From assembly GCF_000018105.1 (NCBI RefSeq), contig NC_009925.1:3420001-3452000 (forward strand): 32,000 nucleotides of DNA. The letters run 5' to 3'. This stretch comes from Acaryochloris marina MBIC11017. Its GTDB lineage: Bacteria > Cyanobacteriota > Cyanobacteriia > Thermosynechococcales > Thermosynechococcaceae. Each line of letters opens with the position of its first letter. Positions within the stretch are counted from its first letter, which is position 1. Shown in pieces: positions 1 through 9,182 of this stretch. The notes below the pieces were generated by a model. That model saw nothing but the letters and a program-made list of their open reading frames with translations, was not told the DNA's origin and searched no databases. The translations under genes were made by a program, and so were the position numbers.

Positions 1-1040
1 ACATGCTTTCTAGTTTGGGGTGTGAGTAACTGCTGCTTGAGTTCGTTTAGATACAGCTCAGTCCCGATGGGGCCGGGTAAACCTAAACACAGATAGGCAG
101 GGACAAAGTAGACTCGTCCGGATTTACTGGCCTTTAGAGATTGTGCGATCGCATTTTGCTGCCATGCCTGTTTGATGGGTTGAAGCTGCTGGTTGCTGAA
201 CTCAGTGCCGCTATCTTTGGGGTTGAAATCATAACCGAACAAAATGATGGAGTTAGCAGCGTTGAGCTGGGGTAGCGTTTCGATAGAAAGAGTCGGATGC
301 TGAGAAGCCTCTAAATCTTGTGGTTTTAATCCTTTTGGATAGACCAATTGAAAGCCCAAATCTTTGAGGAACGAACCACAAAAGCTGTTGGTATGACTGA
401 TCAGCGTGAAGGACTGGGCATCAGCAGAGCTGAGCGCCAGCACCTTTGGATGGTCAGCAACCACAGGTTGAAAGGTGGTCTGAGCAGCCTGAAGTTGCTG
501 TTTATTCTGAGCAACGAGCTGCTGGGCGCGATCTCGACGATCAAGAGCCTGGGCGATCGCCTGTAAATTGGTCTTACCGCCCTCAATTTTAAAGCTTAGG
601 GTTGGGGCAATTTGGGTTAACGCCTGGTACTGATTGGTGGCTAGATCAGGAGCCAAAATTAGATCGGGTTGGGCCTTGAGAATCGCCTCTACTGAAGGCT
701 GATAGGCTAAACCCACATTAACAGGCTGCGTTTTGACGCGGTTGCCCAAGTAAGGAATTTGCTCACTAGGTTTCTTATAGTCTCCTTGATGCAGCGTCAA
801 GTGGTCGGCGTATCCAACTGGCTGGGCGCCCAAAGCTAGAACCTGTTCGAGTAAATAGGGACCCAGGACAACAATCCGTTGCGGCTGTCTACAAATCTCG
901 GTCTTGCCCTGTTCATGAGTAATGGTGCGACAGCTTCCAAATTCTGCGGATGAAGGAGAATTTTTGGACGGCTCGGTCCGCTGGCAGGCGAGTAGACTCC
1001 CTGACAGCATGACTAGAAGTAGTAATTTAAAAAGTGACAT
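1..1040 (-). CDS. Iron-siderophore ABC transporter substrate-binding lipoprotein (FecB/FhuD-like); C-terminal end runs off the window
   Basis: Absent from the ORF track because it has no stop codon inside the window. Manual translation from the ATG at 1040-1038 gives MSLFKLLLLLVMLSGSLLAC...CRTITHEQGKTEICRQPQRIVVLGPYLLE...WQQNAIAQSL...VYFVPAYLC. This is colinear with the paralogs at 5597-6667, 12162-13223 and 13252-14292. The start overlaps the upstream TBDR stop (TGATG). Confidence 0.85.
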   Translation of the reverse strand, partial: MSLFKLLLLVMLSGSLLACQRTEPSKNSPSSAEFGSCRTITHEQGKTEICRQPQRIVVLGPYLLEQVLALGAQPVGYADHLTLHQGDYKKPSEQIPYLGNRVKTQPVNVGLAYQPSVEAILKAQPDLILAPDLATNQYQALTQIAPTLSFKIEGGKTNLQAIAQALDRRDRAQQLVAQNKQQLQAAQTTFQPVVADHPKVLALSSADAQSFTLISHTNSFCGSFLKDLGFQLVYPKGLKPQDLEASQHPTLSIETLPQLNAANSIILFGYDFNPKDSGTEFSNQQLQPIKQAWQQNAIAQSLKASKSGRVYFVPAYLCLGLPGPIGTELYLNELKQQLLTPQTRKH

Positions 1041-3583
1041 CAAAAGCTCACTGACACTGAACCTAAAATTGTGAACGGAGCACCAGGCGCATTCCCAAAG
1101 TCGCGAGAGTTGTTGGTGCTGGAAATGTATTCAACATTGAAAATGTTGGTAAAATTGAGGCCAAATCGCCAGTTATCTCGCTTGTAGAACAGTGCTGCAT
1201 TGGCCAGGCAATAGTCGCCAACTTGAAAGGTGTTGGCGTTGTCACCAAAGCGATCACCAACGTAATTAAATCCCAACCCAAAGCCCAGCCCTTCTAAATC
1301 ACCCTGCTGAATTTCATAGGTTGTCCACAGCCCAGCGCTATGGAGAGGAGCGTTAAAGAGGCGATTGCCCACCGGGATGTCATTGTCTTCAGTGACCCTA
1401 GCATCAGTGTAGGCATAGTTAGCAATGACGTTCCAGCCCGGTAAAATCTCTCCAGCAATATCCAGCTCAACGCCTTGGCTGCGCTGTTCTCCAGTGGCGA
1501 TCGAAAAAAATGGATTATTGGGGTCAGTGGTGGCTACGTTGCGCTTGGTGATATCGAAGTAAGCGAGGGTGGCAAACATATTGCCGTCTAAGAATTCACC
1601 TTTTACTCCCACCTCAAATCCAGAGGCTGTTTCTGGTCCCACAGTACCGCCGCCAACAAGCTGACCAAAGCTAGGGGTAAAGGATTCAGAGTAGTTGGCG
1701 TAAAGAGAGATGGTTTCGATGGGCTTAAAGATGAGACCAATTCTGGGACTCAGAGCTTGGTCGGATCGATTTTCACTGGTGTTTGTTAAGTTGCGAAAAT
1801 CAACGCTGTCGTACCGTAAACTTCCCACCAAAATAAATTTATCGAGGAAGCTAATTTGATCCTGAATAAAGACGCCAATGCGGTCGGTTTCATTTTCAAA
1901 GCCAGGGAAAAACGGGGCAGTACTGAGGTCTGGCCTGGGCACAGCGCCATAAACCGGATTAAAGATATTGAGAATAGTGGGTGTATTAAAGTCCAAGCGG
2001 GTAAAGGCTTCATCAAACCGATTAAAGTTGAGGTCAAACCCAACTAGAAGCTTGTGCTGAAGAGGACCAGTTTTAAAGTTGCCTTCTACATTGGTTTGGA
2101 TCGTATAGTCATCAGACTGCCATTGGCGATCTGCAAAGAAACGCGTAATATCGCCTGTGGTTTCATCCACAAAGAACGGTAACGTGGCTAGGTTGAAATA
2201 GTCTTGAGTAACGAAGCGGAAGCCATGATTGAGCTTCCAGTCATCACTAAATTGATGGACAAAGTCGTACCCTAGCGTTAACGAGCTTTGTTCGAGAAAG
2301 TCATCTGGTTCATTAATAATGCGATCTCGGGGTACATCGAAAACGCCAGTTCCTAAAGCTGGGATGCCGAGATCAAAAGGATTGGTTTCATCAATGTACT
2401 CTAACCGCAGGGTTAGATGAGTGCGATCGCTAATATCCCATCGCAGCTTGGGAGCTATAAAAAAGCGTTCGGTGTCCCTCTCAACATCCCGGAAGCCGTC
2501 TTGATGAAAATATGACAGATTCAATCGATAGCTAAGGGATTGATCTGCTGTGAGTGGTCCAGTGATATCTAGCCGCGGTCGCCAGGTTCCCAGGTTCCCC
2601 GCCTGAAATTCAAACTCGTAAAAAGGCTCTGGCAAAGGTTCTTTGGTAACTAAGTTCACTAGCCCACCTGGATCGGTTTGCCCATAAAGTACCGATGATG
2701 GCCCTTTAATCACCTCAATCCGTTCGATATTGGCGGTTTCCTGGCTGCCTAGATTGTCAGTAACACGAAAACCGTCGCGCAAAATTGCACCTCCGGTTAT
2801 CTGATCGGTGGTGAACCCTCGAATCGTCAGATTTGTACTACCGAAAGCATCTAGACGCCCCACAATACCACTTACATTCTGGAGTGCATCATCTACCCTC
2901 AAGATTTGCTGATCTCGCAATACATCTTGAGGCACAACCTGTACTGATTGAGGCGTATCCAAAATCGACGCATCGGTCCGCGTGGCAGTACTGGCGTCTG
3001 GAACGCTATATCCCTCCTGGATTTCCTCTGCGGTCACTGTAATTTCTAGGTCTTCCTCTTCTGAGGCTGCAAGCTTTGCTGCCTCTACTGCCAAGACCAA
3101 CCCTGTGGCTTTATTCTGGATCGTGACCGTTGGGGGTCCGTCTGTCCCCACAATCTCAATCTGCACCTGATCCGCTGTCAAAGGGGTCACACTAACTTCT
3201 GCAATACCCGTAGCAGGATTCATCTGCCGATAGTCTGGGCCATCTGGTAACGCTAAGACCGCATTAGGAATCACTGCAAACAGCCGATTTCCGTCTGTCT
3301 TAGTTGTAGGAATACTCAGCGCATCTGAGCCAGTTTCCAGCACGATCTCTACTCTCTGCTCAGCAGGATTGACCTGTATCTCTGTTATCTGAACTAACGT
3401 TTCTTCAATCTGGGCCAGCCATTCCGTTACGCTTGTAGCTGGCTGTGGATATTGAGGTTCTCCAGACTTATCACCCAGTCCGGGAACCTCAGGCTCTTCA
3501 GTAGCCCAGACTGGGTTTACGGCTATCACATTCGTCAGCGCAACAGCCCACAACAAAAAAAACTGGATCGATTTTCGTGTCAT
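1040..3583 (-). CDS. TonB-dependent siderophore receptor (FhuA-type) with N-terminal AMIN-like extension (TBDR1)
   Basis: 847-aa ORF with signal peptide MTRKSIQFFLLWAVALTNVIAVNPVWA. It has a TonB-box-like DLEITVTA and plug motifs (IEVIKGPSSVLYG, PGGLVNLVTK), then a long beta-barrel ending in a terminal Phe (SVSVSF). Confidence 0.95.
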   Translation of the reverse strand: MTRKSIQFFLLWAVALTNVIAVNPVWATEEPEVPGLGDKSGEPQYPQPATSVTEWLAQIEETLVQITEIQVNPAEQRVEIVLETGSDALSIPTTKTDGNRLFAVIPNAVLALPDGPDYRQMNPATGIAEVSVTPLTADQVQIEIVGTDGPPTVTIQNKATGLVLAVEAAKLAASEEEDLEITVTAEEIQEGYSVPDASTATRTDASILDTPQSVQVVPQDVLRDQQILRVDDALQNVSGIVGRLDAFGSTNLTIRGFTTDQITGGAILRDGFRVTDNLGSQETANIERIEVIKGPSSVLYGQTDPGGLVNLVTKEPLPEPFYEFEFQAGNLGTWRPRLDITGPLTADQSLSYRLNLSYFHQDGFRDVERDTERFFIAPKLRWDISDRTHLTLRLEYIDETNPFDLGIPALGTGVFDVPRDRIINEPDDFLEQSSLTLGYDFVHQFSDDWKLNHGFRFVTQDYFNLATLPFFVDETTGDITRFFADRQWQSDDYTIQTNVEGNFKTGPLQHKLLVGFDLNFNRFDEAFTRLDFNTPTILNIFNPVYGAVPRPDLSTAPFFPGFENETDRIGVFIQDQISFLDKFILVGSLRYDSVDFRNLTNTSENRSDQALSPRIGLIFKPIETISLYANYSESFTPSFGQLVGGGTVGPETASGFEVGVKGEFLDGNMFATLAYFDITKRNVATTDPNNPFFSIATGEQRSQGVELDIAGEILPGWNVIANYAYTDARVTEDNDIPVGNRLFNAPLHSAGLWTTYEIQQGDLEGLGFGLGFNYVGDRFGDNANTFQVGDYCLANAALFYKRDNWRFGLNFTNIFNVEYISSTNNSRDFGNAPGAPFTILGSVSVSF

Positions 3584-3618
3584 TATGCCTTACCCACAAC
3601 AGCCAGGCCACAGCCTTG

Positions 3619-3641
3619 CTAATGAAAATTAGTTTTATTAG
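3619..3641. promoter_or_regulatory. AT-rich inverted repeat, candidate Fur-type operator downstream of the putative TBDR1 -10 element
   Basis: CTAATGAAAATTAGTTTTATTAG is an imperfect palindrome containing a TGAAAAT half-site. It lies between a TACGAT -10-like hexamer (3659-3654, minus strand) and the TBDR1 ATG at 3583. Confidence 0.35.
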
Positions 3642-3679
3642 TTAGGTGAGGGTATCGTAGCGGTAATTAGCGATCACAA

Positions 3680-3721
3680 CCTTTGTGAAACCGACTTTTT
3701 TCTTCGCGAAACTGACAAATT
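3680..3721 (-). promoter_or_regulatory. Two 21-bp-phased direct repeats, candidate AraC/PchR-type activator box for TBDR1
   Basis: CCTTTGTGAAACCGACTTTTT and TCTTCGCGAAACTGACAAATT match the perfect repeat at 16948-16989 at 16/21 and 14/21 positions. Orientation relative to the TBDR gene is the same. The proximal copy ends 21 nt from a -10-like hexamer. Confidence 0.45.
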
Positions 3722-3768
3722 GGGTATTGGGTGATTTGGCGTCCTTGAAAGCAGGCAGAATAGTTACG

Positions 3769-4377
3769 ATGAGTAGGGTTGAAGGCACCAAAGGTTACAA
3801 GCAGGTTGTAGAAAGATTTGTGGCAGCGACTGAATCAATAAACTTCAACAAGTTGCACCAGCCCTACTTAACCCATATTCCCAAAGCACCCAGCCATATA
3901 TTGGATATCGGAGCAGGGATTGGCAGAGATGCTGCCGTTCTAGCCTCACTCGGCCACCAATTAGTGGCGGTGGAGCCACTTTATGAGTTCCGCAAGGTCG
4001 GATTAGAACGCTACGTTTCACCCAGAATCCGCTGGGTACAAGACTTCCTACCCAGACTAGAAACCCTTGGTATGTCTCAGTTTGACTTCGTCCTTGCATC
4101 TGGGGTTTGGCACCACATTAGTCCAGATGAACGTGAAATTGCCATGCAACGTATCGCTCATCTGATGCGACCGAATGCCATATTTGCCGTTTCTCTTCGG
4201 CATGGGCCTGCTGGAGGGGGCACTCACATATTTCCAACTGATCATAAACAAACCATCTACACTGCAGCCATGCATGGTCTTGAATTGGTCGTTTGCGAGA
4301 AGAAGCTACCTAGCTTAATGCCAGGCAAGGATGATGTTTTTTGGGATAAGTTGGCTTTCAAGCTTCGTGCCGCCTAG
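3769..4377 (+). CDS. Class I SAM-dependent methyltransferase
   Basis: Motif I ILDIGAGIGRDA is followed by an acidic-loop VAVEP. The track ORF begins at a GTG at 3685, but codons 1-12 of that extension are the regulatory direct repeats. The ATG at 3769 (MSRVEGTKGY) is the more likely start. Confidence 0.8.
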   Translation: MSRVEGTKGYKQVVERFVAATESINFNKLHQPYLTHIPKAPSHILDIGAGIGRDAAVLASLGHQLVAVEPLYEFRKVGLERYVSPRIRWVQDFLPRLETLGMSQFDFVLASGVWHHISPDEREIAMQRIAHLMRPNAIFAVSLRHGPAGGGTHIFPTDHKQTIYTAAMHGLELVVCEKKLPSLMPGKDDVFWDKLAFKLRAA

Positions 4378-4449
4378 GATGACACCTCTCATCCAGGCAA
4401 CACAGGCAACCAAAAGTGTGCGGCTCCCAGGTCTGGTGCTGTACCAAAA

Positions 4450-5457
4450 TTAAGCTCGACGACCCAGTTGATAGGCTTTGGGGCTTACCGCAAATTGACG
4501 CCGGAATGCAGTACTAAACGCTTCTGGGCTGCGATAACCAACTGTTGCTGCTACCTTGGCAACAGACAACTCGCGATCTTGCAACAGTAGTTGTGCTTGC
4601 TCCATGCGATATTGCTGTAAATAGCCAAACACCGTTGTACCAAATAGATGCCGAAAACCCTGATTGAGTTTGCGATCATTAAGACCCACCCGTCGTGCTA
4701 GCTCTATCAGAGAGGGCGGTTGTTGAGCGTGCTGGACTAAAATATCCTTGGCCCAATGGAGTTGCTCTATATCTTGGGCGTTCAGAATTATTGTTTGATG
4801 TTGGGTTTCCTGCCAAGCGATGAATTGAGCAGTTAGTAGTTCTAGCACTTTACCTTCTAGATAAAGCTGTTGCATCAGCCCTGTATAAGGGCAGTTCAGA
4901 ATTTGCTGGATCTTTTGTCGTATGGAATTAGTTATGGGTCCAAGCGATTGATGAAATCGTTGCGTTCTGTCTCCTGCTAGGAGATGTTGAAGGGGCTTCG
5001 GTAAAGCCGTACGTTCGAGATTAAAGCCATTAAAGTAATCAGGATTGACGGAAATCATGATCACCTGTAGCTCCTGATCAGCAGGCCACTCTTCAACTTC
5101 AATGTGATTGGGGAGATGATAGAGGTAATGGTAGCCAGTAATTTCCCGATAGTCGCAATTGATGTCTGTGGCATTGAGGGTCTGCACCCGCGAGGTTCCC
5201 GATAGATAAAATTTAGCCACCAGTGGGAAGTTGGACTCATGCTCTAGAACAAAACGCATGGGTTGTCTGAGACGACTATTGCGGATATAGACATCCAGTC
5301 CTGGGCGCAGATGCAGAATGTGATCACCGCCCTGCCCCCACTGTTGCGGCAAATTGTAATGCATCCCATTTTCGATAGGTTGACAGATCAATTCACCTTT
5401 CTGCTCTGCTTCATCAACCAGGTCCGTAATATCAGCATCGGTTAGCGTGATTACCAT
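4450..5457 (-). CDS. AraC family transcriptional regulator, PchR-like (AraC1)
   Basis: 335 aa. The C-terminal double HTH (LIELARRVGLNDRKLNQGFRHLFGTTVFGYLQQYRMEQA...VGYRSPEAFSTAFRRQFAVSPKAY) is typical of AraC/XylS. The N-terminal ligand domain is shared with the paralog at 17837-18835. Confidence 0.93.
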   Translation of the reverse strand: MVITLTDADITDLVDEAEQKGELICQPIENGMHYNLPQQWGQGGDHILHLRPGLDVYIRNSRLRQPMRFVLEHESNFPLVAKFYLSGTSRVQTLNATDINCDYREITGYHYLYHLPNHIEVEEWPADQELQVIMISVNPDYFNGFNLERTALPKPLQHLLAGDRTQRFHQSLGPITNSIRQKIQQILNCPYTGLMQQLYLEGKVLELLTAQFIAWQETQHQTIILNAQDIEQLHWAKDILVQHAQQPPSLIELARRVGLNDRKLNQGFRHLFGTTVFGYLQQYRMEQAQLLLQDRELSVAKVAATVGYRSPEAFSTAFRRQFAVSPKAYQLGRRA

Positions 5458-5482
5458 TGTTGCTTAAAGCCTTGATACTAAG

Positions 5483-5497
5483 TGAGATTTATTCTCA
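5483..5497. promoter_or_regulatory. Fur-box-like 7-1-7 inverted repeat upstream of AraC1
   Basis: The minus strand reads TGAGAAT-A-AATCTCA, compared with the classical 7-1-7 Fur consensus TGATAAT-N-ATTATCA. It lies 26-40 nt upstream of the ATG at 5457. Confidence 0.45.
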
Positions 5498-5596
5498 TTT
5501 AAGTACAGCTTAACAGAGACCTTCTGCTACTCTCGTGGCCAAGCAATCAAAATACTCGTGCTTAGTTGTAATTCGGTTGAAAGTTTCTGTTTGCCT

Positions 5597-6667
5597 TCAA
5601 GCATCTTTTAACAAAAACTGCCGGAGCTGCTCCAGGATGAGCTTAGCTCCTGTAGGACCATTAAGGCCATTCCATTTGTAGTAAGTGGCAAAGTAAACTC
5701 GGTCTTCTTTGCTAGCAGTTAGAGATTGTGCGATCGCATTTTCTTCCCAACTTTTGCGAATCGATTGTGATTGGTGCGACTCAATGGCTTTATCAATACT
5801 CCCTTGCTTGAGGTTAGGCCGCTCTTTGGCATCCAGGTTATATCCCAAGACGATAATTATGTCTGCCTCATTTAACTGAGGCAGCGCCTCAATGGAAATA
5901 GGCACATTGACAAACGGTCCCTTGGTATCAGGCAAAGTCATCACTTGAAAGCCCAGTTGTTCAAACAAGTCACCTAAATAGCTATCGGGTGGAATAATGT
6001 TCATATTGCTGTTTAAATCATTGCTTCCCAAAATCAAAACTTTTGGATACTGAGCAGCAATTGGTGCCAATTGTTTCTTCGTTTGATCAATCTCTTGGTT
6101 ATAGGCTGCAATCACTGGTTGGATTTTTTCCTCTTTTCCCAACGCTTTGGCTAAACCTTTGAGGGTTGTTTGCCATTTCCTCTTAGCCGTTCGATCCTTC
6201 CATAACAAGGTGGGGGCTATTTTGGAGAACAGTTGATAACTATCTGCATTTCTGCCCGCTTCAGCCAGAATCAAATCAGGCTTCAATGCCGTTATCTTTT
6301 CCATTGAAGGGGCTTGCCCACTGCCCAGATTGACGGGCTGAGTGGTGACTTGTGCGCCCAAATACGGAATTTGTTGAGCAGGGTTTTGAAATACATCCTC
6401 CTTTACCAGTCCTATGGGTCCAGCTAAGGCATCCGGTTGCTCCCCTAAGGCCAGAAGGAGATCCAGCATATGGCTACTGAGGACCACGATAGTTTTGGGT
6501 TGACCGCAGACTTCAACTTGGTCTAAGTCGTGTTTAACGATCCGACATGGTGAGTTATCTACATCGGGGCTATTACGATTGAGGTCTGAGTTACCACAGG
6601 CCATCAGGCCCAAAAGACTCGTCCACAACAGACCATATTTGAGCAATCGACTGCCATGTCTCCTCAT
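5597..6667 (-). CDS. Iron-siderophore substrate-binding lipoprotein (FecB/FhuD-like)
   Basis: The track ORF extends to 6829 but overlaps TBDR2. The internal ATG at 6667 gives MRRHGSRLLKYGLLWTSLLGLMAC, a signal peptide with a lipobox Cys. Family motifs CRIVKHDLDQVEVCGQPKTIVVL and WEENAIAQSL are conserved. The start lies 1 nt after the TBDR2 stop (TAGCATG). Confidence 0.9.
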   Translation of the reverse strand: MRRHGSRLLKYGLLWTSLLGLMACGNSDLNRNSPDVDNSPCRIVKHDLDQVEVCGQPKTIVVLSSHMLDLLLALGEQPDALAGPIGLVKEDVFQNPAQQIPYLGAQVTTQPVNLGSGQAPSMEKITALKPDLILAEAGRNADSYQLFSKIAPTLLWKDRTAKRKWQTTLKGLAKALGKEEKIQPVIAAYNQEIDQTKKQLAPIAAQYPKVLILGSNDLNSNMNIIPPDSYLGDLFEQLGFQVMTLPDTKGPFVNVPISIEALPQLNEADIIIVLGYNLDAKERPNLKQGSIDKAIESHQSQSIRKSWEENAIAQSLTASKEDRVYFATYYKWNGLNGPTGAKLILEQLRQFLLKDA

Positions 6668-6668
6668 G

Positions 6669-9182
6669 CTACAGCTCCACCGAGACGGAGCCGATAACCG
6701 TAAATCCGTCACCTGGATATATTTCATTGGTTCTACTACCTTCACCACCTTGGATGTAGTCCACATCAAAGATATTCCTAAAATTGATCGCAGCTTTCCA
6801 GCCGTCTCGCTTAAAAGAGATGGCTGCATTGGTTAAGAAATAGTCTTCTAAAATAAAGCTATTGGCGTTATCACCAAACCGGTCGCTGACGAAGTTAAAG
6901 CCGATGCCAAAGCCAAGTCCTCGTAGCGAACCAGTTTGAATTTCATAGTTAGTCCATAAATTGAAATTATGTTCAGGGACATTAAAAATGCGATTGCCTT
7001 GAGTGGGGTCATTGGCTGCCGTAATTTCTGAGTCAATATAGGCGTAGTTGGCAATTAGATTCCAACCCGGCAGTAGTTCTCCCGCGATATCAAATTCTAG
7101 ACCGCGATTACGCTGTGACCCCGAATTCACTGAAAACAAAGGATTGTTAGGATCGCTCGTTGCAACGTTCGTTTTGGAAATGGTGAACAAGGCCAAGCTA
7201 GTCACTAGCCGACCATCTAAGAGTTCTCCCCGAGCACCGATTTCAAATTGCTCACCTCGCTCTGGATCGAGGATGCCACCAGCCACCGTTGTTGCTGAAT
7301 TAGGGTTAAAGGAACGACTAAAGCTGCCATATAGAGATATTTCTTCAATAGGCTGATAAATGAGCCCCAATCGAGGTGTGAAGGCATCATCCGTTTGCTC
7401 TGTGGTTGAGCTAGTAGGATTAAAGAATGAGGGACGATTGGTTGATGTTTGCCTAACTGTGTCATAACGAATACCAGCCAGAAGCTTCAGGTTATCCAAT
7501 AAGGTGATTTGATCTTGCAAGAACACCCCCAAGCGCTCTGCCCGAGTATCACCATCAAAGAAGATAGGATCATTCTCGGGATTCGGGCGGGGAATCACGC
7601 CATAAACTGGATTAAAAATATTGAAGGGAGCGGCTGCTCCAAAATCTCCTCGACCGATATTGCCAACCGCATCACGTCGATTGAGATCGAGACCAATCAA
7701 AAGCTTATGCCCAATGGGACCCGTCTCGAACTCTCCCGTTAAGGTTGTTTGCATTTCATAGGTTGTACTGGGTTGATCTAAGTCAATAAACGCTCTAAAT
7801 AGCGTGCCACTGGCTTCGTCAAACCCTAGCCTGAAAAAGGACGCAAATCTCGAATCATAGGTTTTATAGTTAAAGGCATTTCTGATTTTCCATTGGTCAC
7901 TGAATCGATGTTCAAATTGGTAACCAGCCCGAATAGATTCCGCTTCTAGCCGATCATCCAGCTCCCCTAAGTTCGTTTCAAAGGGAATATCGGCCACCCG
8001 ATTCCCAATGGCAACTAAACCAAAGTCGCCCGGTCGAGTATCGTCTATATATTCCAGCTCGACAGTGAAGTCAGTGCGCTCACCCAGTTTAAATTGCAGA
8101 ACGGGAGCAACAAAAAAACGTTCGATGGGCGTATCAAAGTTGCGATCGCTATCCTCTCGTCGATAGGATGCATTCAAGCGATAGAGAATGCTGCCATCCT
8201 CCGTCAGGGGACCGGACAGGTCAATGCTCGGTGAAATTAAGTTGCGATTACCAGCTTTCACCTCAAGATCAACAAACGGTTCACTAAGGGGTTTCTTGGT
8301 AACGAGATTAATCACCCCACCCGGTTCACTGACCCCGAACAGGATCGCGGCTGGTCCTTTGAGGACTTCAATTTGTTCGACATTAGTCAGATCTTGAAAG
8401 GCACTGTTTCCAGTGAAGCCAAAGGTTTGCGGAAATCCATTGCGGATGACGGATGCACTATCAAACCCTCGTATTTGAAATCGCTGCCCCCTTGGGTCTG
8501 CACTATTTTGAACCACACCACTCACATTTCGTAGTGCATCATCTAGGCGGATGACCTGCTGATCTTCAATCACCTCTTTTGGGACAACCTGAATCGACTG
8601 GGGGATATCTCGCAAAGGTGTATCCGTCCGAGTTGCCGTTGTTGCATTCGGTACAGTGTATCCTTCTTGAGTTCTACTAGCCGTAACGATTACCTCAGTC
8701 TCCGCTTCAGCTAAAACAGGTGTTATGGCAAGCGTGAATCCCTGCGACTGGGTTGCCAGTGCAACCTCTGGGGCCGCTTCAATGCCTGTAATAGTTATGG
8801 TGACTTGGGTGGCAGTCGTTTGGGTGATCGTAATTTTGGCTAGATCTGGTGCAGGAGTTTCTTGAGTCAAACTCTGGCCATTAGCCAAGACAGCATTAGG
8901 AATCTCAGCAATCCAGTCATTTCCCGCTGTTCTAATACTGGGCGAATCTAATGGCCCTTCTGATGTTTGCAAAGTAACGGTTAGCCCGGTCGCTGTTTCA
9001 GCAACATCCACCTGCGTAATCTCTGCTAAAGACGTATCGAGTTGTGCCCTCCACTCTTTTACAGAGGTTGCTGGAGCCTCAGCAGCATCAGCCGGGGGCT
9101 GGGCAACTGCAATATCTTGTAGAAGTACTCCATTGCCGATGACCAAAGCAAAGAACAGGTTGCGCCATATCTGGTCTCTCAT
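6669..9182 (-). CDS. TonB-dependent siderophore receptor (FhuA-type) with N-terminal AMIN-like extension (TBDR2)
   Basis: The track ORF runs to 9233 (854 aa). The ATG at 9182 gives a conventional signal peptide, MRDQIWRNLFFALVIGNGVLLQDIAVA. It has plug motifs (IEVLKGPAAILFG, PGGVINLVTKKP) and a barrel ending in SVSVEL. Confidence 0.93.
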   Translation of the reverse strand: MRDQIWRNLFFALVIGNGVLLQDIAVAQPPADAAEAPATSVKEWRAQLDTSLAEITQVDVAETATGLTVTLQTSEGPLDSPSIRTAGNDWIAEIPNAVLANGQSLTQETPAPDLAKITITQTTATQVTITITGIEAAPEVALATQSQGFTLAITPVLAEAETEVIVTASRTQEGYTVPNATTATRTDTPLRDIPQSIQVVPKEVIEDQQVIRLDDALRNVSGVVQNSADPRGQRFQIRGFDSASVIRNGFPQTFGFTGNSAFQDLTNVEQIEVLKGPAAILFGVSEPGGVINLVTKKPLSEPFVDLEVKAGNRNLISPSIDLSGPLTEDGSILYRLNASYRREDSDRNFDTPIERFFVAPVLQFKLGERTDFTVELEYIDDTRPGDFGLVAIGNRVADIPFETNLGELDDRLEAESIRAGYQFEHRFSDQWKIRNAFNYKTYDSRFASFFRLGFDEASGTLFRAFIDLDQPSTTYEMQTTLTGEFETGPIGHKLLIGLDLNRRDAVGNIGRGDFGAAAPFNIFNPVYGVIPRPNPENDPIFFDGDTRAERLGVFLQDQITLLDNLKLLAGIRYDTVRQTSTNRPSFFNPTSSTTEQTDDAFTPRLGLIYQPIEEISLYGSFSRSFNPNSATTVAGGILDPERGEQFEIGARGELLDGRLVTSLALFTISKTNVATSDPNNPLFSVNSGSQRNRGLEFDIAGELLPGWNLIANYAYIDSEITAANDPTQGNRIFNVPEHNFNLWTNYEIQTGSLRGLGFGIGFNFVSDRFGDNANSFILEDYFLTNAAISFKRDGWKAAINFRNIFDVDYIQGGEGSRTNEIYPGDGFTVIGSVSVEL

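Noticed and set aside
3685-3768. GTG-initiated 28-codon extension of the methyltransferase ORF
   Set aside because: The translation MKPTFFFAKLTNW reads through the 21-bp direct repeats. The downstream ATG at 3769 gives a normal-length class I methyltransferase.
6668-6829. 5' extension of the SBP ORF (5597-6829, 410 aa) overlapping the TBDR2 3' end
   Set aside because: The extension has no signal peptide. The internal ATG at 6667 gives a proper lipoprotein signal and the same stop/start coupling seen in the other cassettes.
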